Assembly: GCA_051942165.1 (NCBI GenBank)
Contig: JAVECS010000016.1
Location: 1 to 46,464 of the forward strand
DNA length: 46,464 nt
From: Circinaria calcarea
Taxonomy: Eukaryota
Direction: 5' to 3'
The notes below the pieces were generated by a model. That model was given only the letters and a program-made list of their open reading frames with translations. It searched no databases and was not told the origin of the DNA. This document shows, one piece after another, positions 36,223 through 46,464 of this stretch (positions within the stretch are counted from its first letter, which is position 1; each line of letters starts with the position of its first letter). A program made the translations under genes and the position numbers.

Positions 36223-37226
36223 TTAGTTGCTCAATTTCACAGTCGCCAGCTGTGACAAAAGCATCGTCAGATTCCTACGAGCACCAAGCTCCGATCCTTC
36301 CCGCTGTGGTCTATAATAGCTAGTCACGATCGTAACCACCGCCTCATAGCAGGCATAGCTAGGCGAGAAAGGTCAGTTAAGGCGGCTGGCTCTAGCACTC
36401 CAGCTCACTCCGAACGAAGAACTCACAGCAAGCCTCTCGTTCCTGTAGCCCCTCGATCAGTGCCCATTTCCGCATCTCCCCATAGAGCATTGTTGAAGTC
36501 GATGACTCCTGTGATCTCGTTTGTCCGCTCGTCAATCAGGATGTTCTCGACGTCACCCAATCCCAGTACGATAAGCCTTGCTTCCTGGACTTCGTCTAAC
36601 GCACCCTCTGCCCGCGCTACCTGTTGCCGGATCTGTGAGTAAGGCAGATTCAAGAAGACGTCCTCGCCGTCCTTCAAAACGCCTTCCAGCATGGCTTTGT
36701 AAGCTTCACGCCAGGATACGTGCCCCTGACCGGACGAGACTAGAGACATGGGTCCAAAAGTTGGCGAGACATGTTGTGCAATTGCCGTTTCTAGAGTCGA
36801 GATTTGCCGCTCAATCGCCAGGCGATCCGACCGATTCATCACCGGCAAAGCCTCGGCCAGTAAAATGCCCCGGAGAGATGTGGTGATGAGGAACGGCGAT
36901 CCGAGCGGTTTGCTACTTCTCTCATGCTTTACAACCGATGGGATAGGCAATCCACTCTGGTCGAGCAAAGACAGTGCGAGGGCCTCGGTCTCCAGTGCCT
37001 GGCGTTCATGTTTCAGCAATGCGACTGAAGCGGGAGGTTTGGCCTTCAGGATTAGACGGGAGCCGTTTGAAAGGTGTAGAAGGCGAACTTGGTGGAGTTG
37101 ATTTGGCAGGTCTTCCATATACTGAACTACAACGCGACTTGATTGAAACGTCGTCTGGATGATTTTGCGGAGAGAGTTTAAATCAGATGTAGCCAAAGGC
37201 TGAGGGGCCCCTTGAGCGGTCGACAT
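36223..37226 (-). CDS. Aminoglycoside-phosphotransferase (APH)/kinase-like fold protein, 2 exons
   Basis: MSTAQGAPQ...LSNGSRLILK..PP...LLKHE..ALETEA, LPIPSV, GSPFLIT, FGP, SWREAY..MLEGVLKDGED, NILID...ITGVIDF..ALWGD. Intron 36426-36359, then YACYEAVVTIV..YYRP...ARRNLT, stop at 36225-36223. Confidence 0.8.
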
Positions 37227-38261
37227 GGTAAGAGACGTTACCATTCCAATCGACGGCAGACAGATGGTTGTCATCATGAAAAGCAAGATGCGGAGAGAGC
37301 GAGCACGCCGAAGCCAAGATCCGGCAAGTCTGGCAAACACGGCGACGAGGACAATGTGAGAGAGTACCGGCCAGGCAAGGGCTTGGGTTGAGGGCAGACG
37401 ACATACTTTTACACGACAGGACGGTGAAGACAATAATCTTTGTCAGGCATCAAAAAAGGGCACGATTCAAGAAGCGAAAGGGTGGAGCCCAGCAGAGAGA
37501 AAATGATAGGACCAGAGGAAGCGAGCGTATGAAAGGGAAAGGCGCCTCGGCCGTCATCCTTCCTCTTTGTCCTCGTACTCGTCCTCGTCCTCGCTGTCTC
37601 GGCCACTCATGCTTGCGTCGTGGTGGCTCCGGGCCCCGAGGGCTTCCATCAGTGCGATCGTGAAGGCCGGGCAGCGGACTGGGTATCAGTGTGTGGTCAA
37701 TGGAGGAAGAAGGAAGAGAGATTATGAAAGTCTGACGAGGGACGGAGTCATTTCGTCTCATATTGCCCACTTTGGCACAGCGTCTGCAGCTCAAGGAAGC
37801 GACGTCGCGGGGAGGCGCATCTCGGTTCGCTAATTGCTGCTCCGACTAGTCTGCTCTCGTGCTCCCAACTGCCACGATGGTGGGGAGAGGCTGACAGTGG
37901 AGGCATCGGCATTCGTTGGTCGAGTACCTATCACTGTTACTGCTACTGCTGTAGACTAAGGGTACCAGTCAGAAGATTACATGGCGCGCACGCCTGGATG
38001 CAGAGAATCCCACTCGGTAACATGTACAGAATCCGTCGCTTGCGCGTCAGCCTCATTGGCTAGCCCTGCAAGACCCTGTTTCTCCTCCAACCTTGACCGC
38101 TGTTGGCCTCGATATTGAACCCCCCCCCACCCCATCGATAGATTTCCAACGACGACCAGAGACGATGCGCGGGCCATGACTAATGAATGACGGATGCTCT
38201 TCTCCGCTTCTTCCCTGCACCGACTCTCATCGGTCTCAACTGAGAATACATACCTCCCTCG

Positions 38262-39578
38262 CTACCTGTCACGTGGCATCGGGTCCGTGGGCGTGGGCGC
38301 GGTGACGCTCGGATCATAGATTTCCGCCATATTGTAGCGTTTCAGCCTGTCAAAGTCACCGCCCACGACACTCATTCCACAAAGATTCTGGAACGGGGAG
38401 TGGCCGCCACATCAGCCGGCGGCGGGTCAGGGGGTGGGAATGCACAGCATGGGCTTACCTTGTAAATCTCCACCAGGATCAAAAGATCGTAGTGCTTCAG
38501 GTCGACGGTATGGGGACTCCCAACGCCATCGGCAACTTGCTTGATTACACCTTCCCGAGTCAGCGTGCTATGCTGCCGTATCGTTGTCCGGATGGCAAAC
38601 TAGAGCACACGGAACACATCAGCTTTCCTGCATCGAAGACGCCCGTTCTTGGAGCGCCCATCTGGCGACAATTTGAATGTCGGCCTCTCTTGAAACATAG
38701 TCTCTGGCACTCAATTACGGCCGCGGATCCAAAGGCTTCACATACTTTCCGGCTCGCACTCCCCTCCTGATGAAAATGCGGCGCAAGAACGGCCTCGCTC
38801 ACTTCCTCAAGCCCCTTCTCCGTTGCTTTGCCCAGCAATGTCACGGGGGTCAAGCGCTTGATAAATCGACTCCGCTTCCTAGACGCCGAATGCCGGGCAT
38901 CGGTACATATCTTGTGAACGAATGCCACCGGTTCGATTGGGTGCTGCGTCTTGAAGAATACGACTTTGATGCATTAGAAGCCCACCTCAACACGGATATA
39001 TTCCAATGGTTCCGAACGTACCACACTTGACATCAACTCTGATGGGCTGAAAGAGGGCCAGCCGGCTTTTCTGCTGCATGCTTTCGATCTCGCCCTTGAT
39101 ATCTGCCTCGATGTCGACTGCTGTGCGGTCCTCATCCTGCCCTGCTCCATCGTTTCCAATCGAGTCACCGTAAAGCTTTTCGGCATACTGACGGATGAGC
39201 AGTAGCGCTCAGTATTGGCCCAAGAGTAGAGACACGTAGAACCCGTTCGTAACGAGTAAGAGGGCTCACCTCACTGAACAAGTCCCGAACTTCGGCAATA
39301 CACTTCCCTTCCTTGTGCATATCACACGTAACCCAGATGCCCATGTCCCCCGGCTCGAGACTTGATGCTGCCGGACCGGAGTCCTTCTCGCCCTTCCTCA
39401 CTACCCGCCACTGCTTGGGACCCTAGATCTTGTCAGTGAGCGTCGCGTCGCAAGCTGTACCCCCGGGGTGGTCTGTTATCCGGATTCCAACGTGTTGATG
39501 AAGGTGGTTTACTTTGGACTTTTTGTTCAAACCTTCGTCGGGCCCATCCTCGCCTTTTCGCTTTCTACTTTCCTCCAT
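38262..39578 (-). CDS. TAN1: THUMP-domain protein, Tan1/THUMPD1-like tRNA acetylation adaptor (6 exons)
   Basis: MEESRKRK, GIWVTCDMHKEGKC, VVFFKT..PIEPV, SRFIKRLTP, FAIRTTIR, HTVDLKHYDLLILVEIYK, NLCGMSVV..DFDRLKRYN, assembled across GT-AG introns. Confidence 0.88.
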
Positions 39579-39960
39579 GAATCTAGATGGGAGGCTTTCG
39601 ATAGATGTAAATACTAAGTAGGTGTAGTTGTTCTTTGATCATCATCCCGTCGTGGAAGTTGGACTGAAGGACTACATATGAGAATCGGAAAACATAGGTA
39701 TCGTGGGGGCCTAGGGTCTCGGTAGGTAAATTACAGCTCTGAAATTCCTACTGCATTGAATACATATATACAACCAAGGTCACAAGGACGAGCGCCCGAG
39801 GGTAGTAATTATATTAAGTGATTTTTGTCTTTTGTTATTCTTAGTATCCCTAGAATTCTGTGTGACAGTCCTCGCTTGACGTTTTATCCTCGTCATGACA
39901 CTCATACGGCACAAAAAAGATACCGTTGAAGCTTGGCTACCGCCTACACCTCATTTTGTC

Positions 39961-42093
39961 CTATTCTTTCGAGTTAGTTTTGGCGGAAGCTTCAGCGGTT
40001 AGTTTGAGGGCGACTGGCGCATCCTCTGCATCTCAAGGCGTTAGAAGAAGCCCCGTGAAACCAGGGGAGAAGTAATACCTTTGGGCATGTATAATTCCAC
40101 CAGCTAATCAAATCAATTAATCCGTGTAACCACGAACAACAGGAACGCCCTCCTACCTGGATATAAGGAGCCGATGAGAACTCTTTGTCATTGAACAAGT
40201 CGTGGATCTCTTGCTTGGTCTTGACTTGGAACGTTTTGGACTTCTTCGGATCAGCCCCAAATACGGAGATGAGGTCCTTGAATTTCCATTGCTGGATGTC
40301 ATTGTATACAGCATTCATACCATGAATATACCGTTCAATGGTATATCCCTCGTTGCAAATCACAAATCTGTTCTAATCAGCAGACGCTAACCGCTAGGAG
40401 CGGATCCAGACCTACATGATCGGGCTGAGTCCATGACGGATCATGGTACTAAGTTCTTGTGCTGTCAACTCGAAAGAACCATCTCCTACGAAGAGTATAG
40501 TCCGTCGCTTGCCCAGCTCTTTTACTGCGAGAGCGACACCCGCAGCAGCCCCAACGGAATAACCGATGCTCCCCCAGAGCACTTGGCTTACAGCGGTGAC
40601 TCCCTTTGGAAACTTGGTCTCCCTAAGAGGATTTAGCCCTTGCATAAGAAAGGCGGACTATGTGGATACAAACCATATCCCAAAATTGGCCGTTCCGGTT
40701 TCTGTGATGACGATATCATTCTCTTGGAGCCATTGTCCAATTCTTGGCCAAAGCCACGCATGAGTGATGGTTTGATCGTTTGACATATCTTGGTCCTCCT
40801 TTGCAATCTCGTTGTTCGCGCGTGGGCCAGACACAACGTTGATTTGGCCCATCTTGTCAATGACTTTCCTCAACACGCCCTGCATCCTAACGCCAGGGTA
40901 CTCGGAATAGCGAACCTTTACATGGTTTGAATGAAAGTCTATTGTGGAAAGCTGGCTGATTGCGTAACTGAATCCTGCCGTATTGAAATCTGACTTGATG
41001 GCTCCAATGCTTAGAATAAGATCAGACGACTCTACGCGCTTCTGTACGCCTGGATTGCTCCCACTTCCAGCGTAGACACCTAAACCAAAAGCATACGTGT
41101 CAGCACCTGACGCTCAAAGACTTGACGACGAATCTGGTATGGGGCCTACCTACCGCCGTATTGTTCGAGTGTCTCGTCTACAGCACCCTTGCCCATCGGG
41201 GTTACAAATGTGGGGAGGCCAGACCGCTCGATCAGGTCATGAACCTCCTTGAGGACTCGATGGCGAATGGCACAGGCATCAACTAAGATGACAGGATTCT
41301 TTGCAGCATGGAGGTATTTCAGTACAACATCGACAACGTAGTCCTCCTTCTCGGGCTCGTTTGCTGGATAGCTCAAATCAATCGGGGTCTGGAGTCTTTC
41401 ACCTTCTATCTTCTTCTGTACCATGTCCGTGGGTAATGTTATGTATACAGGACGAGACTGCACCCAGCATTCCCGGATCGCATGGTCTATTAAAGTCGCG
41501 GCCTCCAAGGCGTCATTTAATTTTGCCGTTGCACACGAGACATCACGTGCCATTTTGGCAAAGATATCGAAATCCCCATTGCCGAGTGTATGATGAAGAA
41601 GCATCCCAGAACGCTGGGATATAGTCGATGGCACCCCCACAACGTGAACGACAGGCACATACTCGGAATATGCCCCCGCGATGGCGTTGATAGCAGACAG
41701 CTCCCCGACTCCAAACGTCGTCACAATCGCGGCTATGCCCTTGATACGAGCGTAGCCATCGGCGGCATACCCTAGTCATGAGATTCAGTCGCGAGTTTTA
41801 GTCACATTCAATGGAATTCGAACATCGGGGTATGTCCTGTACCTGCATTGAGCTCGTTACAATTGCCCACCCAGTTCAGGCCTACTTTGCCGATGAAATC
41901 CAATGCTTCGAGGTTGTAATCACCTGTAATTCCCACATCAACATCTTTAGTACGAGAGGTATTTCCTGGATTGCCAAGACAAACCCGGTACACCATGGAT
42001 GTACCTCACGCCAACCTCGTGAAGACGGCGGAAGAGATACTCGGCCACGTCAATTGGCGATTTCAACTCGGATGTACGGATATCCGTTGCCAT
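39961..42093 (-). CDS. PDC1: Pyruvate decarboxylase (TPP-dependent), about 8 exons
   Basis: MATDIRT...YLFRRL...[58 protein letters not shown] motif GDGSF...[13 protein letters not shown]. Stop TAG at 39963-39961. Confidence 0.97.
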
Positions 42094-42612
42094 TCTGTAT
42101 GAGGGCTTGTCTTGTTGAAATACCTTGGTCAGCAATGCTGTCGAGAGGGTGCTGTTCTATCATATACCATACCAATTCGATTTGTCTGTCTGCGCTGTAC
42201 TAACGGACGATTGCCCTTATCAACCACAATCGAAATTCTCTTTAAGAGAGGTCGCTATCCCTTGGGACGTCATTTCACCCACCATCTTTTAATAGGATTA
42301 TTAGGCACATTTCGGATCGAGAGGGGTCATCGATGGGGATATCTTTAATCCACTTCCTCACATGTGCTGCGCTAGTTGTCAGGGTTCCTTCCGTCCTCGG
42401 CCCGAGATTCGTCGGGAGGGCGACCCGGTAGCCGTAGTGCTTAAGCTCGGATATACAATCAGGTGACTTACTCTGTACTGCTGCGGCATTGTATCTACTG
42501 TATTTCATACGCCGTAGAACAGATTCGTACATACGGATTCCCGAACAATGCTGGACACTTTTTGATGGATTAGGCTTACTCGAGAGACTCTCCTTGATTG
42601 TTCATAACTAAC

Positions 42613-45600
42613 ATGACCCATTTCTTACGTGGGAAGCAAGCTGGTATACACAGTGATTTATCCGCTGGGCTGTCTTCAGACTTGTTTGTGCTTGACCATG
42701 TATGCCTTGCTATCACCATGGGGTATTTTAGAGTGGACCATTAACAACTGCTAGGTTGCCCAATATGGTATCAGGTCCCAGATTGCAGCTCTGGCATATG
42801 ATCCCACACAGTCCCTTCTCGCCGTGGGTACCAATGATTCTAAATCGGCTGGCGCTCACATCTATGTCTTTGGACAGAAGCGGGTGTGTGTGACTCTCAC
42901 GGCGCCGAAACGGGCTTCAGTTCGAGTGCTCCAGTTCTGCGCGGATAAACTCATCAGCCTGGATTCGAAAAATGACATTGCCGTCTTTTCTTTGGAAACG
43001 AAGCAGTTACTGTCTTGCTATGCACCGCCGGGACACGTCACAGCCCTTCTTACAGACCCCACCCTAGACTATGCACTGATCGGCCTGCAGAATGGTGGGT
43101 GAGCCGGTAGCTACCTTGAAGAGGCAACCCAAGCTTACAGCTTCAAGGGGAAGTCATTGCCTACGATTTGGATAGACAGAGGCTGGCGCCGTTTAAGATC
43201 CCCAACCTCTGGAGAGAACGCAGTCCGCGTGTGCGGCTTTTGCCGGTCGTCGCTCTGGCGCTGCATCCGAGAGATATCGGGACTCTCCTTATTGGATACT
43301 CGGATGGTGCGGTAATCTTCTCCTTCAAGCAGGACAAGCCATTGAGTTTCTTTCAGTATGAGCTACAGCCAGGTGCTCCTGGTGGGCAGTCAGATCCCTC
43401 GTCTGCGAGCGGGGTGCGTTATCCGAAGGTAACACAAGCAGTGTGGCACCCGACTGGGACCTTCTTTTTAACAGGACATGATGATTCGAGCATGGTAATC
43501 TGGGACCCCAAATCTGGGAAGGTTATCCTAGCGAGGACGCTGCAAGACAGCCATGTAGATGAGATTGGGAGTGTCTCAGGCACATTTGGATCTACCCCGG
43601 GAACCTTCTCCCTCAAGGCACCCCTTTTCCGCATCGCGTGGTGCTCTCAGCAGAACCCCGAGGATACTGGCATGCTTATAGCCGGCGGTGCACCAACTAA
43701 CCTTCCCACCAGAGGCCTTACGTTCATTGACCTAGGGCCGACGCCTGTTTACACAACTTCATCATGGCAAGTTCTATCGGAGCACTTTGAGAAGCCGAGA
43801 AAACAGCACATACTTCCTACTCCTCCTGACGCCGAGGTTGTCGACTTTTGTCTTGTTCCGCGAAGCTCACCTCACTATGCTGGTTCGCATGACCCTATTG
43901 CTGTCATTGCTCTGCTTGCCTCTGGGGAGATTTTTACACTCAGCTTTCCTTCTGGCAATCCAATCACGCCGACCAACCAGCTACATGCATCATTAACCTT
44001 TGTCCATCCATTTGCCAATACCATTGCACTAGCCTGTGTTGAACGTACCCGGTGGCTGGGAATGACCGAAAAACGGTCGCACGGTCCTGCCGTACTGAAA
44101 GGGGGTGCCGAGGCTAGATATCCTCTCAAACGTTACGAGAGCCGCAATATCCTGCAGACTGCTCATGCGGATGGTACCATCCGCATCTGGGACGCCGGAC
44201 ACGGTGATGAAATCGAGAATGGGGATATGCTGCAAGTTGACGTAGCACGTGCACTTGAACGTCTTGAAGACGTTGAAGCCGTGCGGATGTCGATGTCTGG
44301 CGCGACAGGCGAGTTGGGCGTCGGCCTAAAGACTGGAGAAGTGGTCGTTTTCCGTTGGGGCCACAACCCAAACTACAACCAAGAGCTTCCTCATGTTCAA
44401 CTCGAGGCATTCGGGATGGAAAGCATCAAGGATCGAGCCGATCCTAGCTTAAGAGAAGGGCTTATCCCTCTTACACTCTTGGCTCGATCGTACGGGCCCG
44501 TGACAGCTATCAAGATGAGCGACATTGGGTTTCTTGCAGCTGGTTCTGAAAGTGGGAGTCTTACTATCATTGACCTTCGTGGTCCGGCAGTAATCATTGA
44601 AGCAAACCTACAGGATTTTGTTAGACCTAGCAAGCATGGCAGCGTTCGGAGAAGTAGCAGTGATCAAACCCAGGTAAAGCCTGAGTGGTCGACGGTCATT
44701 GAATTTGGTGTCATGAGTCTCGAAGGAGAAAGTACGTGGACAGAGTTCGTAACGAGTATGGCAATACTGATATACCTTAGATTATTCCAGTATCCTTGTA
44801 TTCGTAGGGACAAACCTTGGACGTCTAGCTACTTTCAAACTTCTTCCATCACCGCAAGGCGGTTACAGCGTTCAGCTGGCCGGCGTATCGAGCATCGACG
44901 ATAATATTATCTGTATCTGTGCTGTAAGTGCAGATACTGGGAAACCTGCCAGTGCATCTCAGACTGTTGTCGCTAATCTTCGCGACGGGTATACGGTAAA
45001 TGGTGTTCTCCTTGTGGTTACTCAGGGAGGAGCAAGAATATTCAAGCCAGCAACTGCCAAAGGAGCGAGTAAGACCTGGAACGAGTGCCTTTGTGACTCC
45101 GCGAACGTGGTTCAATTCGAAGATCGCGGATTTGCACTGGTAGGCTTATTTGGGGATGGCTCTGCAAAAGCGTTCTCCATCCCAAGCTTGAAGGAGATAG
45201 CTTCCATCGAGGTCGGCCACAATCTTGACGTTAGGAGGTTTGCCGAAGCTATTATATCGCCTACAGGTGATATCTTTGGCTGGAGTGGACCCTCAGAAAT
45301 ATCAGTGCTCAATGTTTGGGGGAGAGGTCGGAATACGTAGGTCATTCAACCTAACGTTGGCTCATTGACTCTCTCATTAATGGTTCTAGCACAATTTCCC
45401 TCGATAAGCTCTATAATCCTGACGCCATAATCCCGCCGAGACCAACAATATCTCACATACAATGGATATCTGGCACTCAACATGTAACTCCGTCTGATAT
45501 GGACATGCTAAGTAAGATCCTCCTTATTGCAAATGACCTCTTACTCATGCATATTCAGTCGGCGGCCCTGATCGGCCACCCTCGAAACGCATGATGGCCC

Positions 45601-45916
45601 AGTTGCAGTCCGAAGAACTTCAGCGACGGACTGCGGCTCGCTCTAACCCAGCTGTGTCATCATCTTCCGGCGGCCAAGAAGAAGGCTATTGGGCATACAT
45701 GCAGCGTCAAGTGCAAGAACGTACCGAAAGGTTGAATCTAGTGGGTGATTCTATAGATAAGCTCGAAGAGAACAGCATGAGCTGGACAGATGATGTGAGC
45801 AAATATGTTGGCAAGCAGAAGAAAAAAGCGGTCTTGGGAGGTAAGTGTAGAGCTCATGTTAAATCCCGTCCCTTGGTAATTTTCAAACAGTGATCGGAGG
45901 CAAATTGGGTTTCTAA
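42613..45916 (+). CDS. SRO7: Lethal giant larvae/tomosyn-like WD40 exocytosis protein Sro7/Sro77 (about 7 exons)
   Basis: MTHFLRGKQAGIHSDLS, LAYDPTQSLLAVGT, LHPRDIGTLLIGY, WHPTGTFFLTGHDD, TIIDLRGPAVI and a C-terminal R-SNARE-like QERTERLNLVGDSIDKLEENS. TAA at 45914-45916. Confidence 0.93.
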
Positions 45917-46426
45917 GCCCATATGACTTATGATATTGACGGTGCTTCGGAGTCGCGGGATCCACGGATAGTCGCAAACGTGGATGACAGCTCATCAAGT
46001 ACCCGTTCGTTCTAACTTCTGGATAACTGGGAGCAATCTTTGAAAGGACTATTTCGATGCAAGGCGTCATGATGCGCTTTGCCTTCCAGTTTCGTTGAAT
46101 AGATTGCAGGTTGAAACAAAGCGTCAGGACCGCAATCTCTATACTCCTTCCCTTTATTTACATCTTTCCTAGATAAGCCTCCTTCTCCTTCCCTTTGTTC
46201 ACAACTTCTATCCTACATAGGCCTCCTTCTCCTTGGCCCTCGTTTATCGCAACCTCTGCGCTCTCGCAGTCAAAGAACAAAGAATCATGAGAAAATGCCC
46301 TTCCCTCAACCCTTCTCTCCTCCATTTACCCTGCCGTCAGCATACCCCACCCCGAAAAGCATCCCCCACGCAGCCATCCACAACAGCATAATCGCCTACT
46401 TCTCATCTTCCGTCCACCAACACAAC

Positions 46427-46464
46427 ATGCCTCGCTGCCATTTCACATGCCCTCATCCCGGCCC
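46427..46464 (+). CDS. Possible start of the next gene (MPRCHFTCPHPG...), truncated by window end
   Basis: ATG in good context (caacATG) after a CT-rich leader. Only 12 codons are visible. Confidence 0.3.
   Translation, partial: MPRCHFTCPHPG

Noticed and set aside
38238..38270. CTGAGA-ATAC resembling a TPP riboswitch core
   Set aside because: The downstream CTTGAT...TAAT...GCG elements are missing, and it lies at the TAN1 3' end on the opposite strand.
2007..43147. Several AAG 3' splice sites (SHM2 introns 1 and 2, TAN1 intron 3, SRO7 intron 2)
   Set aside because: AAG is a known minority acceptor in ascomycetes; four among roughly forty introns is not striking.

Overview
Eukaryotic, intron-containing DNA from a filamentous ascomycete (Pezizomycotina-like: short GT-AG introns with CTRAC/CTAAC branch points, typical fungal orthologues). 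It is a dense housekeeping block. In order: 3' end of MED9, SHM2, eIF3k, folliculin/LST7, GRC3, RPA34, TSR4, an F-box protein, the SPB protein Pcp1/PcpA, SGT1/ecdysoneless, a membrane-anchored fucose-lectin-like propeller, the BCK1 MAPKKK, an APH-like kinase-fold protein, a THUMP (Tan1-like) protein, PDC1 and SRO7/Lgl. Gene models were assembled by eye from splice signals. The best non-coding signal is an intron-encoded box C/D snoRNA in eIF3k intron 1, with two guides complementary to conserved 18S and 25S rRNA segments. Weaker signals are a 14-nt UGUA-rich tandem repeat downstream of eIF3k, a structured GC-rich island at about 28.7-28.9 kb between CT-rich and GA-rich flanks, the lectin-like gene in a gene-poor pocket, and a kinase-fold protein lacking the catalytic HxD. 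No CRISPR array, tRNA or intact transposon was recognised. I see no clear evidence of a wholly new multi-gene system.
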